Position numbers and translations under genes: made by a program. From positions 23,064,001-23,128,000 of the forward strand of contig OZ059895.1 in NCBI GenBank assembly GCA_964057225.1: a stretch of DNA of 64,000 nucleotides, read 5' to 3'. The notes under the pieces were generated by a model. The model worked only from the letters and a program-made list of their open reading frames with translations. It made no database searches and was not told the DNA's origin. This DNA is from Auanema rhodensis (taxonomy: Eukaryota; Animalia; Nematoda). Position 1 is the first letter of the stretch, and each line of letters opens with the position of its first letter. Positions 1 to 10,528 of this stretch are shown here, piece by piece.

Positions 1-55
1 TAATTTTTTCGTTGAATAACAATGTCCATCGTCTTTGCCTTGAAAAAAGGAATCT

Positions 56-120
56 AAAAACATCTACTTTTGCTAAATTATTTTGAAATTTTTCGAAAAA
101 ATTTTTGTCAAAATGTTTTT
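56..120. other. Nested dyad symmetry within an A/T-tract-rich segment (repeated in each monomer, with some variants)
   Basis: AAAAACAT (56-63) / ATGTTTTT (113-120); ATTTTGA (80-86) / TCAAAAT (108-114); central perfect palindrome TTTTTCGAAAAA (89-100). Confidence 0.85.
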
Positions 121-127
121 GGAAGCA

Positions 128-155
128 ATGTTGAGTGTACATGGAAACTCAACAT
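128..155. other. Inverted repeat: 9-bp perfect stem with 10-nt loop (each monomer)
   Basis: ATGTTGAGT (128-136) is the reverse complement of ACTCAACAT (147-155); loop GTACATGGAA. An alternative pairing is AGTGTA (134-139) / TACACT (155-160). Confidence 0.9.
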
Positions 156-238
156 ACACTAATGCATCATTTTTCAAACGATCATAACTAATTTTTGTAT
201 TAAGCGTTTCTCAATGTAGTATAGTGCATTCGATGCGG

Positions 239-289
239 ATTTTTAAGCTGCGTCGATCTGTGTTATCAGATTTGCGCTAGCTTAAAAAT
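239..289. other. Long imperfect inverted repeat: 11-bp outer stem plus inner stems (each monomer)
   Basis: ATTTTTAAGCT (239-249) / AGCTTAAAAAT (279-289); inner GCG/CGC and ATCTG (256-260) / CAGAT (267-271) around loop TGTTAT. Flanking GTGCATT (224-230) can also pair with AATGCAC (287-293). Confidence 0.9.
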
Positions 290-293
290 GCAC

Positions 294-332
294 CGAGATA
301 TCAACTGATATAAGTTCACACTTATATCCTCG
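294..332. other. Inverted repeat: 9-bp stem with 4-nt loop, flanked by CGAG/CTCG (perfect only in TATAAG-allele monomers)
   Basis: GATATAAGT (307-315) / ACTTATATC (320-328), loop TCAC; CGAG (294-297) / CTCG (329-332); overlapping ATATCA (298-303) / TGATAT (306-311). Confidence 0.88.
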
Positions 333-701
333 ATTTTCACCCTGAAGAATTAATTTTTTCGTTGAATAACATCGTCCATCGTCTTTGCCTTAAAAAAAGG
401 AATCTAAAAACATCTACGTTTTGCTAAATTATCTTGAAATTTTTCGAAAAAATTTTTGTCAAAATGTTTTTGGAAGCAATGTTGAGTGTACATGGAAACT
501 CAACATACACTAATGCATCATTTTTCAAACGATCATAACTAATTTTTGTATTAAGCGTTTCTCAATGTAGTATAGTGCATTCGATGCGGATTTTTAAGCT
601 GCGTCGATCTGTGTTATCAGATTTGCGCTAGCTTAAAAATGCACCGAGATATCAACTGATATATGTTCACACTTATATCCTCGATTTTCACCCTGAAGAA
701 T

Positions 702-1052
702 TAATTTTTTCGTTGAATAACAATGTCCATCGTCTTTGCCTTGAAAAAAGGAATCTAAAAACATCTACTTTTTGCTAAATTATTTTGAAATTTTTCGAAA
801 AAATTTTTGTCAAAATGTTTTTGGAAGTAATGTTGAGTGTACATGGAAACTCAACATACACTAATGCATCATTTTTCAAACGATCATAACTAATTTTTGT
901 ATTAAGCGTTTCTCAATGTAGTATAGTGCATTCGATGCGGATTTTTAAGCTGCATCGATCTGTGTTATCAGATTTGCGCTAGCTTAAAAATGCACCGAGA
1001 TATCAACTGATATAAGTTCACACTTATATCCTCGATTTTCACCCTGAAGAAT
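702..1052. repeat. Representative full-length 351-bp monomer (phase set arbitrarily at the window start)
   Basis: Distance between consecutive TAATTTTTTCGTTG starts at 702 and 1053. In the 350-bp monomer 1, I count 57 C and 53 G (about 31% GC). Confidence 0.97.
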
Positions 1053-2104
1053 TAATTTTTTCGTTGAATAACAATGTCCATCGTCTTTGCCTTGAAAAAA
1101 GGAATCTAAAAACATCTACTTTTGCTAAATTATTTTGAAATTTTTCGAAAAAATTTTTGTCAAAATGTTTTTGGAAGCAATGTTGAGTGTACATGGAAAC
1201 TCAACATACACTAATGCATCATTTTTCAAACGATCATAACTAATTTTTGTATTAAGCGTTTCTCAATGTAGTATAGTGCATTCGATGCGGATTTTTAAGC
1301 TGCGTCGATCTGTGTTATCAGATTTGCGCTAGCTTAAAAATGCACCGAGATATCAACTGATATATGTTCACACTTATATCCTCGATTTTCACCCTGAAGA
1401 ATTAATTTTTTCGTTGAATAACAATGTCCATCGTCTTTGCCTTGAAAAAAGGAATCTAAAAACATCTACTTTTTGCTAAATTATTTCGAAATTTTTCGAA
1501 AAAATTTTTGTCAAAATGTTTTTGGAAGCAATGTTGAGTGTACATGGAAACTCAACATACACTAATGCATCATTTTTCAAACGATCATAACTAATTTTTG
1601 TATTAAGCGTTTCTCAATGTAGTATAGTGCATTCGATGCGGATTTTTAAGCTGCGTCGATCTGTGTTATCAGATTTGCGCTAGCTTAAAAATGCACCGAG
1701 ATATCAACTGATATAAGTTCACACTTATATCCTCGATTTTCACCCTGAAGAATTAATTTTTTCGTTGAATAACATCGTCCATCGTCTTTGCCTTAAAAAA
1801 AGGAATCTAAAAACATCTACGTTTTGCTAAATTATCTTGAAATTTTTCGAAAAAATTTTTGTCAAAATGTTTTTGGAAGCAATGTTGAGTGTACATGGAA
1901 ACTCAACATACACTAATGCATCATTTTTCAAACGATCATAACTAATTTTTGTATTAAGCGTTTCTCAATGTAGTATAGTGCATTCGATGCGGATTTTTAA
2001 GCTGCGTCGATCTGTGTTATCAGATTTGCGCTAGCTTAAAAATGCACCGAGATATCAACTGATATATGTTCACACTTATATCCTCGATTTTCACCCTGAA
2101 GAAT

Positions 2105-4912
2105 TAATTTTTTCGTTGAATAACAATGTCCATCGTCTTTGCCTTGAAAAAAGGAATCTAAAAACATCTACTTTTTGCTAAATTATTTCGAAATTTTTCG
2201 AAAAAATTTTTGTCAAAATGTTTTTGGAAGCAATGTTGAGTGTACATGGAAACTCAACATACACTAATGCATCATTTTTCAAACGATCATAACTAATTTT
2301 TGTATTAAGCGTTTCTCAATGTAGTATAGTGCATTCGATGCGGATTTTTAAGCTGCATCGATCTGTGTTATCAGATTTGCGCTAGCTTAAAAATGCACCG
2401 AGATATCAACTGATATAAGTTCACACTTATATCCTCGATTTTCACCCTGAAGAATTAATTTTTTCGTTGAATAACAATGTTCATCGTCTTTGCCTTGAAA
2501 AAAGGAATCTAAAAACATCTACTTTTTGCTAAATTATTTTGAAATTTTTCGAAAAAATTTTTGTCAAAATGTTTTTGGAAGCAATGTTGAGTGTACATGG
2601 AAACTCAACATACACTAATGCATCATTTTTCAAACGATCATAACTAATTTTTGTATTAAGCGTTTCTCAATGTAGTATAGTGCATTCGATGCGGATTTTT
2701 AAGCTGCGTAGATCTGTGTTATCAGATTTGCGCTAGCTTAAAAATGCAACGAGATATCAACTGATATATGTTCACACTTATATCCTCGATTTTCACCCTG
2801 AAGAATTAATTTTTTCGTTGAATAACAATGTCCATCGTCTTTGCCTTGAAAAAAGAAATCTAAAAACATCTACTTTTTGCTAAATTATTTTGAAATTTTT
2901 CGAAAAAATTTTTGTCAAAATGTTTTTGGAAGCAATGTTGAGTGTACATGGAAACTCAACATACACTAATGCATCATTTTTCAAACGATCATAACTAATT
3001 TTTGTATTAAGCGTTTCTCAATGTAGTATAGTGCATTCGATGCGGATTTTTAAGCTGCGTCGATCTGTGTTATCAGATTTGCGCTAGCTTAAAAATGCAC
3101 CGAGATATCAACTGATATATGTTCACACTTATATCCTCGATTTTCACCCTGAAGAATTAATTTTTTCGTTGAATAACAATGTCCATCGTCTTTGCCTTGA
3201 AAAAAGGAATCTAAAAACATCTACTTTTTGCTAAATTATTTTGAAATTTTTCGAAAAAATTTTTGTCAAAATGTTTTTGGAAGCAATGTTGAGTGTACAT
3301 GGAAACTCAACATACACTAATGCATCATTTTTCAAACGATCATAACTAATTTTTGTATTAAGCGTTTCTCAATGTAGTATAGTGCATTCGATGCGGATTT
3401 TTAAGCTGCGTCGATCTGTGTTATCAGATTTGCGCTAGCTTAAAAATGCACCGAGATATCAACTGATATATGTTCACACTTATATCCTCGATTTTCACCC
3501 TGAAGAATTAATTTTTTCGTTGAATAACAATGTCCATCGTCTTTGCCTTGAAAAAAGGAATCTAAAAACATCTACTTTTTGCTAAATTATTTCGAAATTT
3601 TTCGAAAAAATTTTTGTCAAAATGTTTTTGGAAGCAATGTTGAGTGTACATGGAAACTCAACATACACTAATGCATCATTTTTCAAACGATCATAACTAA
3701 TTTTTGTATTAAGCGTTTCTCAATGTAGTATAGTGCATTCGATGCGGATTTTTAAGCTGCATCGATCTGTGTTATCAGATTTGCGCTAGCTTAAAAATGC
3801 ACCGAGATATCAACTGATATAAGTTCACACTTATATCCTCGATTTTCACCCTGAAGAATTAATTTTTTCGTTGAATAACAATGTTCATCGTCTTTGCCTT
3901 GAAAAAAGGAATCTAAAAACATCTACTTTTTGCTAAATTATTTTGAAATTTTTCGAAAAAATTTTTGTCAAAATGTTTTTGGAAGCAATGTTGAGTGTAC
4001 ATGGAAACTCAACATACACTAATGCATCATTTTTCAAACGATCATAACTAATTTTTGTATTAAGCGTTTCTCAATGTAGTATAGTGCATTCGATGCGGAT
4101 TTTTAAGCTGCGTAGATCTGTGTTATCAGATTTGCGCTAGCTTAAAAATGCAACGAGATATCAACTGATATATGTTCACACTTATATCCTCGATTTTCAC
4201 CCTGAAGAATTAATTTTTTCGTTGAATAACAATGTCCATCGTCTTTGCCTTGAAAAAAGAAATCTAAAAACATCTACTTTTTGCTAAATTATTTTGAAAT
4301 TTTTCGAAAAAATTTTTGTCAAAATGTTTTTGGAAGCAATGTTGAGTGTACATGGAAACTCAACATACACTAATGCATCATTTTTCAAACGATCATAACT
4401 AATTTTTGTATTAAGCGTTTCTCAATGTAGTATAGTGCATTCGATGCGGATTTTTAAGCTGCGTCGATCTGTGTTATCAGATTTGCGCTAGCTTAAAAAT
4501 GCACCGAGATATCAACTGATATATGTTCACACTTATATCCTCGATTTTCACCCTGAAGAATTAATTTTTTCGTTGAATAACAATGTCCATCGTCTTTGCC
4601 TTGAAAAAAGGAATCTAAAAACATCTACTTTTTGCTAAATTATTTTGAAATTTTTCGAAAAAATTTTTGTCAAAATGTTTTTGGAAGCAATGTTGAGTGT
4701 ACATGGAAACTCAACATACACTAATGCATCATTTTTCAAACGATCATAACTAATTTTTGTATTAAGCGTTTCTCAATGTAGTATAGTGCATTCGATGCGG
4801 ATTTTTAAGCTGCGTCGATCTGTGTTATCAGATTTGCGCTAGCTTAAAAATGCACCGAGATATCAACTGATATATGTTCACACTTATATCCTCGATTTTC
4901 ACCCTGAAGAAT
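2105..4912. repeat. Tandem duplication of a 4-monomer block (1404 bp x2)
   Basis: Rare variants GCGTaGATC (2710, 4114) and ATGCAaCGAG (2749, 4153) recur at exactly 1404 bp, with the same order of flanking monomer types. Confidence 0.9.
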
Positions 4913-7900
4913 TAATTTTTTCGTTGAATAACAATGTCCATCGTCTTTGCCTTGAAAAAAGGAATCTAAAAACATCTACTTTTTGCTAAATTATTTTGAA
5001 ATTTTTCGAAAAAATTTTTGTCAAAATGTTTTTGGAAGTAATGTTGAGTGTACATGGAAACTCAACATACACTAATGCATCATTTTTCAAACGATCATAA
5101 CTAATTTTTGTATTAAGCGTTTCTCAATGTAGTATAGTGCATTCGATGCGGATTTTTAAGCTGCATCGATCTGTGTTATCAGATTTGCGCTAGCTTAAAA
5201 ATGCACCGAGATATCAACTGATATAAGTTCACACTTATATCTTCGATTTTCACCCTGAAGAATTAATTTTTTCGTTGAATAACAATGTCCATCGTCTTTG
5301 CCTTGAAAAAAGGAATCTAAAAACATCTACTTTTTGCTAAATTATTTTGAAATTTTTCGAAAAAATTTTTGTCAAAATGTTTTTGGAAGCAATGTTGAGT
5401 GTACATGGAAACTCAACATACACTAATGCATCATTTTTCAAACGATCATAACTAATTTTTGTATTAAGCGTTTCTCAATGTAGTATAGTGCATTCGATGC
5501 GGATTTTTAAGCTGCGTCGATCTGTGTTATCAGATTTGCGCTAACTTAAAAATGCACCGAGATATCAACTGATATATGTTCACACTTATATCCTCGATTT
5601 TCACCCTGAAGAATTAATTTTTTCGTTGAATAACAATGTCCATCGTCTTTGCCTTGAAAAAAGGAATCTAAAAACATCTACTTTTTGCTAAATTATTTTG
5701 AAATTTTTCGAAAAAATTTTTGTCAAAATGTTTTTGGAAGTAATGTTGAGTGTACATGGAAACTCAACATACACTAATGCATCATTTTTCAAACGATCAT
5801 AACTAATTTTTGTATTAAGCGTTTCTCAATGTAGTATAGTGCATTCGATGCGGATTTTTAAGCTGCATCGATCTGTGTTATCAGATTTGCGCTAGCTTAA
5901 AAATGCACCGAGATATCAACTGATATAAGTTCACACTTATATCTTCGATTTTCACCCTGAAGAATTAATTTTTTCGTTGAATAACAATGTCCATCGTCTT
6001 TGCCTTAAAAAAAGGAATCTAAAAACATCTACTTTTTGCTAAATTATTTTGAAATTTTTCGAAAAAATTTTTGTCAAAATGTTTTTGGAAGCAATGTTGA
6101 GTGTACATGGAAACTCAACATACACTAATGCATCATTTCTCAAACGATCATAACTAATTTTTGTATTAAGCGTTTCTCAATGTAGTATAGTGCATTCGAT
6201 GCGGATTTTTAAGCTGCGTCGATCTGTGTTATCAGATTTGCGCTAGCTTAAAAATGCACCGAGATATCAACTGATATAAGTTCACACTTATATCCTCGAT
6301 TTTCACCCTGAAGAATTAATTTTTTCGTTGAATAACATCGTCCATCGTCTTTGCCTTAAAAAAAGGAATCTAAAAACATCTACGTTTTGCTAAATTATCT
6401 TGAAATTTTTCGAAAAAATTTTTGTCAAAATGTTTTTGGAAGCAATGTTGAGTGTACATGGAAACTCAACATACACTAATGCATCATTTTTCAAACGATC
6501 ATAACTAATTTTTGTATTAAGCGTTTCTCAATGTAGTATAGTGCATTCGATGCGGATTTTTAAGCTGCGTCGATCTGTGTTATCAGATTTGCGCTAGCTT
6601 AAAAATGCACCGAGATATCAACTGATATATGTTCACACTTATATCCTCGATTTTCACCCTGAAGAATTAATTTTTTCGTTGAATAACAATGTCCATCGTC
6701 TTTGCCTTGAAAAAAGGAATCTAAAAACATCTACTTTTTGCTAAATTATTTTGAAATTTTTCGAAAAAATTTTTGTCAAAATGTTTTTGGAAGCAATGTT
6801 GAGTGTACATGGAAACTCAACATACACTAATGCATCATTTTTCAAACGATCATAACTAATTTTTGTATTAAGCGTTTCTCAATGTAGTATAGTGCATTCG
6901 ATGCGGATTTTTAAGCTGCGTCGATCTGTGTTATCAGATTTGCGCTAGCTTAAAAATGCACCGAGATATCAACTGATATAAGTTCACACTTATATCCTCG
7001 ATTTTCACCCTGAAGAATTAATTTTTTCGTTGAATAACATCGTCCATCGTCTTTGCCTTAAAAAAAGGAATCTAAAAACATCTACGTTTTGCTAAATTAT
7101 CTTGAAATTTTTCGAAAAAATTTTTGTCAAAATGTTTTTGGAAGCAATGTTGAGTGTACATGGAAACTCAACATACACTAATGCATCATTTTTCAAACGA
7201 TCATAACTAATTTTTGTATTAAGCGTTTCTCAATGTAGTATAGTGCATTCGATGCGGATTTTTAAGCTGCGTCGATCTGTGTTATCAGATTTGCGCTAGC
7301 TTAAAAATGCACCGAGATATCAACTGATATATGTTCACACTTATATCCTCGATTTTCACCCTGAAGAATTAATTTTTTCGTTGAATAACAATGTCCATCG
7401 TCTTTGCCTTGAAAAAAGGAATCTAAAAACATCTACTTTTTGCTAAATTATTTCGAAATTTTTCGAAAAAATTTTTGTCAAAATGTTTTTGGAAGCAATG
7501 TTGAGTGTACATGGAAACTCAACATACACTAATGCATCATTTTTCAAACGATCATAACTAATTTTTGTATTAAGCGTTTCTCAATGTAGTATAGTGCATT
7601 CGATGCGGATTTTTAAGCTGCGTCGATCTGTGTTATCAGATTTGCGCTAGCTTAAAAATGCACCGAGATATCAACTGATATAAGTTCACACTTATATCCT
7701 CGATTTTCACCCTGAAGAATTAATTTTTTCGTTGAATAACATCGTCCATCGTCTTTGCCTTAAAAAAAGGAATCTAAAAACATCTACGTTTTGCTAAATT
7801 ATCTTGAAATTTTTCGAAAAAATTTTTGTCAAAATGTTTTTGGAAGCAATGTTGAGTGTACATGGAAACTCAACATACACTAATGCATCATTTTTCAAAC

Positions 7901-10528
7901 GATCATAACTAATTTTTGTATTAAGCGTTTCTCAATGTAGTATAGTGCATTCGATGCGGATTTTTAAGCTGCGTCGATCTGTGTTATCAGATTTGCGCTA
8001 GCTTAAAAATGCACCGAGATATCAACTGATATATGTTCACACTTATATCCTCGATTTTCACCCTGAAGAATTAATTTTTTCGTTGAATAACAATGTCCAT
8101 CGTCTTTGCCTTGAAAAAAGGAATCTAAAAACATCTACTTTTTGCTAAATTATTTCGAAATTTTTCGAAAAAATTTTTGTCAAAATGTTTTTGGAAGCAA
8201 TGTTGAGTGTACATGGAAACTCAACATACACTAATGCATCATTTTTCAAACGATCATAACTAATTTTTGTATTAAGCGTTTCTCAATGTAGTATAGTGCA
8301 TTCGATGCGGATTTTTAAGCTGCATCGATCTGTGTTATCAGATTTGCGCTAGCTTAAAAATGCACCGAGATATCAACTGATATAAGTTCACACTTATATC
8401 CTCGATTTTCACCCTGAAGAATTAATTTTTTCGTTGAATAACAATGTTCATCGTCTTTGCCTTGAAAAAAGGAATCTAAAAACATCTACTTTTTGCTAAA
8501 TTATTTTGAAATTTTTCGAAAAAATTTTTGTCAAAATGTTTTTGGAAGCAATGTTGAGTGTACATGGAAACTCAACATACACTAATGCATCATTTTTCAA
8601 ACGATCATAACTAATTTTTGTATTAAGGGTTTCTCAATGTAGTATAGTGCATTCGATGCGGATTTTTAAGCTGCGTCGATCTGTGTTATCAGATTTGCGC
8701 TAGCTTAAAAATGCACCGAGATATCAACTGATATAAGTTCACACTTAGATCCTCGATTTTCACCCTGAAGAATTAATTTTTTCGTTGAATAACAATGTCC
8801 ATCGTCTTTGCCTTGAAAAAACAAATCTAAAAACATCTACTTTTTGCTAAATTATTCTGAAATTTTTCGAAAAAATTTTTGTCAAAATGTTTTTGGAAGC
8901 AATGTTGAGTGTACATGGAAACTCAACATACACTAATGCATCATTTTTCAAACGATCATAACTAATTTTTGTATTAAGCGTTTCTCAATGTAGTATAGTG
9001 CATTCGATGCGGATTTTTAAGCTGCGTCGATCTGTGTTATCAGATTTGCGCTAGCTTAAAAATGCACCGAGATATCAACTGATATATGTTCACACTTATA
9101 TCCTCGATTTTCACCCTGAAGAATTAATTTTTTCGTTGAATAACAATGTCCATCGTCTTTGCCTTGAAAAAAGAAATCTAAAAACATCTACTTTTTGCTA
9201 AATTATTTTGAAATTTTTCGAAAAAATTTTTGTCAAAATGTTTTTGGAAGCAATGTTGAGTGTACATGGAAACTCAACATACACTAATGCATCATTTTTC
9301 AAACGATCATAACTAATTTTTGTATTAAGCGTTTCTCAATGTAGTATAGTGCATTCGATGCGGATTTTTAAGCTGCGTCGATCTGTGTTATCAGATTTGC
9401 GCTAGCTTAAAAATGCACCGAGATATCAACTGATATATGTTCACACTTATATCCTCGATTTTCACCCTGAAGAATTAATTTTTTCGTTGAATAACAATGT
9501 CCATCGTCTTTGCCTTGAAAAAAGGAATCTAAAAACATCTACTTTTTGCTAAATTATTTTGAAATTTTTCGAAAAAATTTTTGTCAAAATGTTTTTGGAA
9601 GTAATGTTGAGTGTACATGGAAACTCAACATACACTAATGCATCATTTTTCAAACGATCATAACTAATTTTTGTATTAAGCGTTTCTCAATGTAGTATAG
9701 TGCATTCGATGCGGATTTTTAAGCTGCATCGATCTGTGTTATCAGATTTGCGCTAGCTTAAAAATGCACCGAGATATCAACTGATATAAGTTCACACTTA
9801 TATCCTCGATTATCACCCTGAAGAATTAATTTTTTCGTTGAATAACAATGTCCATCGTCTTTGCCTTGAAAAAAGGAATCTAAAAACATCTACTTTTTGC
9901 TAAATTATTTTGAAATTTTTCGAAAAAATTTTTGTCAAAATGTTTTTGGAAGCAATGTTGAGTGTACATGGAAACTCAACATACACTAATGCATCATTTT
10001 TCAAACGATCATAACTAATTTTTGTATTAAGCGTTTCTCAATGTAGTATAGTGTATTCGATGCGGATTTTTAAGCTGCGTCGATCTGTGTTATCAGATTT
10101 GCGCTAGCTTAAAAATGCACCGAGATATCAACTGATATAAGTTCACACTTATATCCTCGATTTTCACCCTGAAGAATTAATTTTTTCGTTGAATAACATC
10201 GTCCATCGTCTTTGCCTTAAAAAAAGGAATCTAAAAACATCTACGTTTTGCTAAATTATCTTGAAATTTTTCGAAAAAATTTTTGTCAAAATGTTTTTGG
10301 AAGCAATGTTGAGTGTACATGGAAACTCAACATACACTAATGCATCATTTTTCAAACGATCATAACTAATTTTTGTATTAAGCGTTTCTCAATGTAGTAT
10401 AGTGCATTCGATGCGGATTTTTAAGCTGCGTCGATCTGTGTTATCAGATTTGCGCTAGCTTAAAAATGCACCGAGATATCAACTGATATATGTTCACACT
10501 TATATCCTCGATTTTCACCCTGAAGAAT

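Noticed and set aside
7-23. CENP-B-box-like TTTCGTTGAATAACAAT
   Set aside because: It matches only the TTCG....A half of the NTTCGNNNNANNCGGGN core. The CGGG half is absent (5 of 9 core bases), so it is not supportable as a CENP-B box.
239-332. Hairpins as rho-independent terminators, or TATA-like TATAAG as a promoter
   Set aside because: There is no associated gene, the stems are AT-rich rather than GC-rich with a U-tail, and such short motifs are expected by chance at about 69% AT.
1-350. Tandem RNA gene unit (5S rRNA, tRNA, snRNA, spliced leader)
   Set aside because: I recognise no conserved 5S, tRNA, snRNA or SL sequence or cloverleaf. An Infernal/Rfam scan would be the decisive test.
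1-350. Monomer as an ancient dimer of ~175-bp subunits
   Set aside because: Only short low-complexity similarity is visible (TAATTTTT at 1 and 189; CAATGT at several places), which is not enough by eye. A self-alignment against shuffled controls would be needed.
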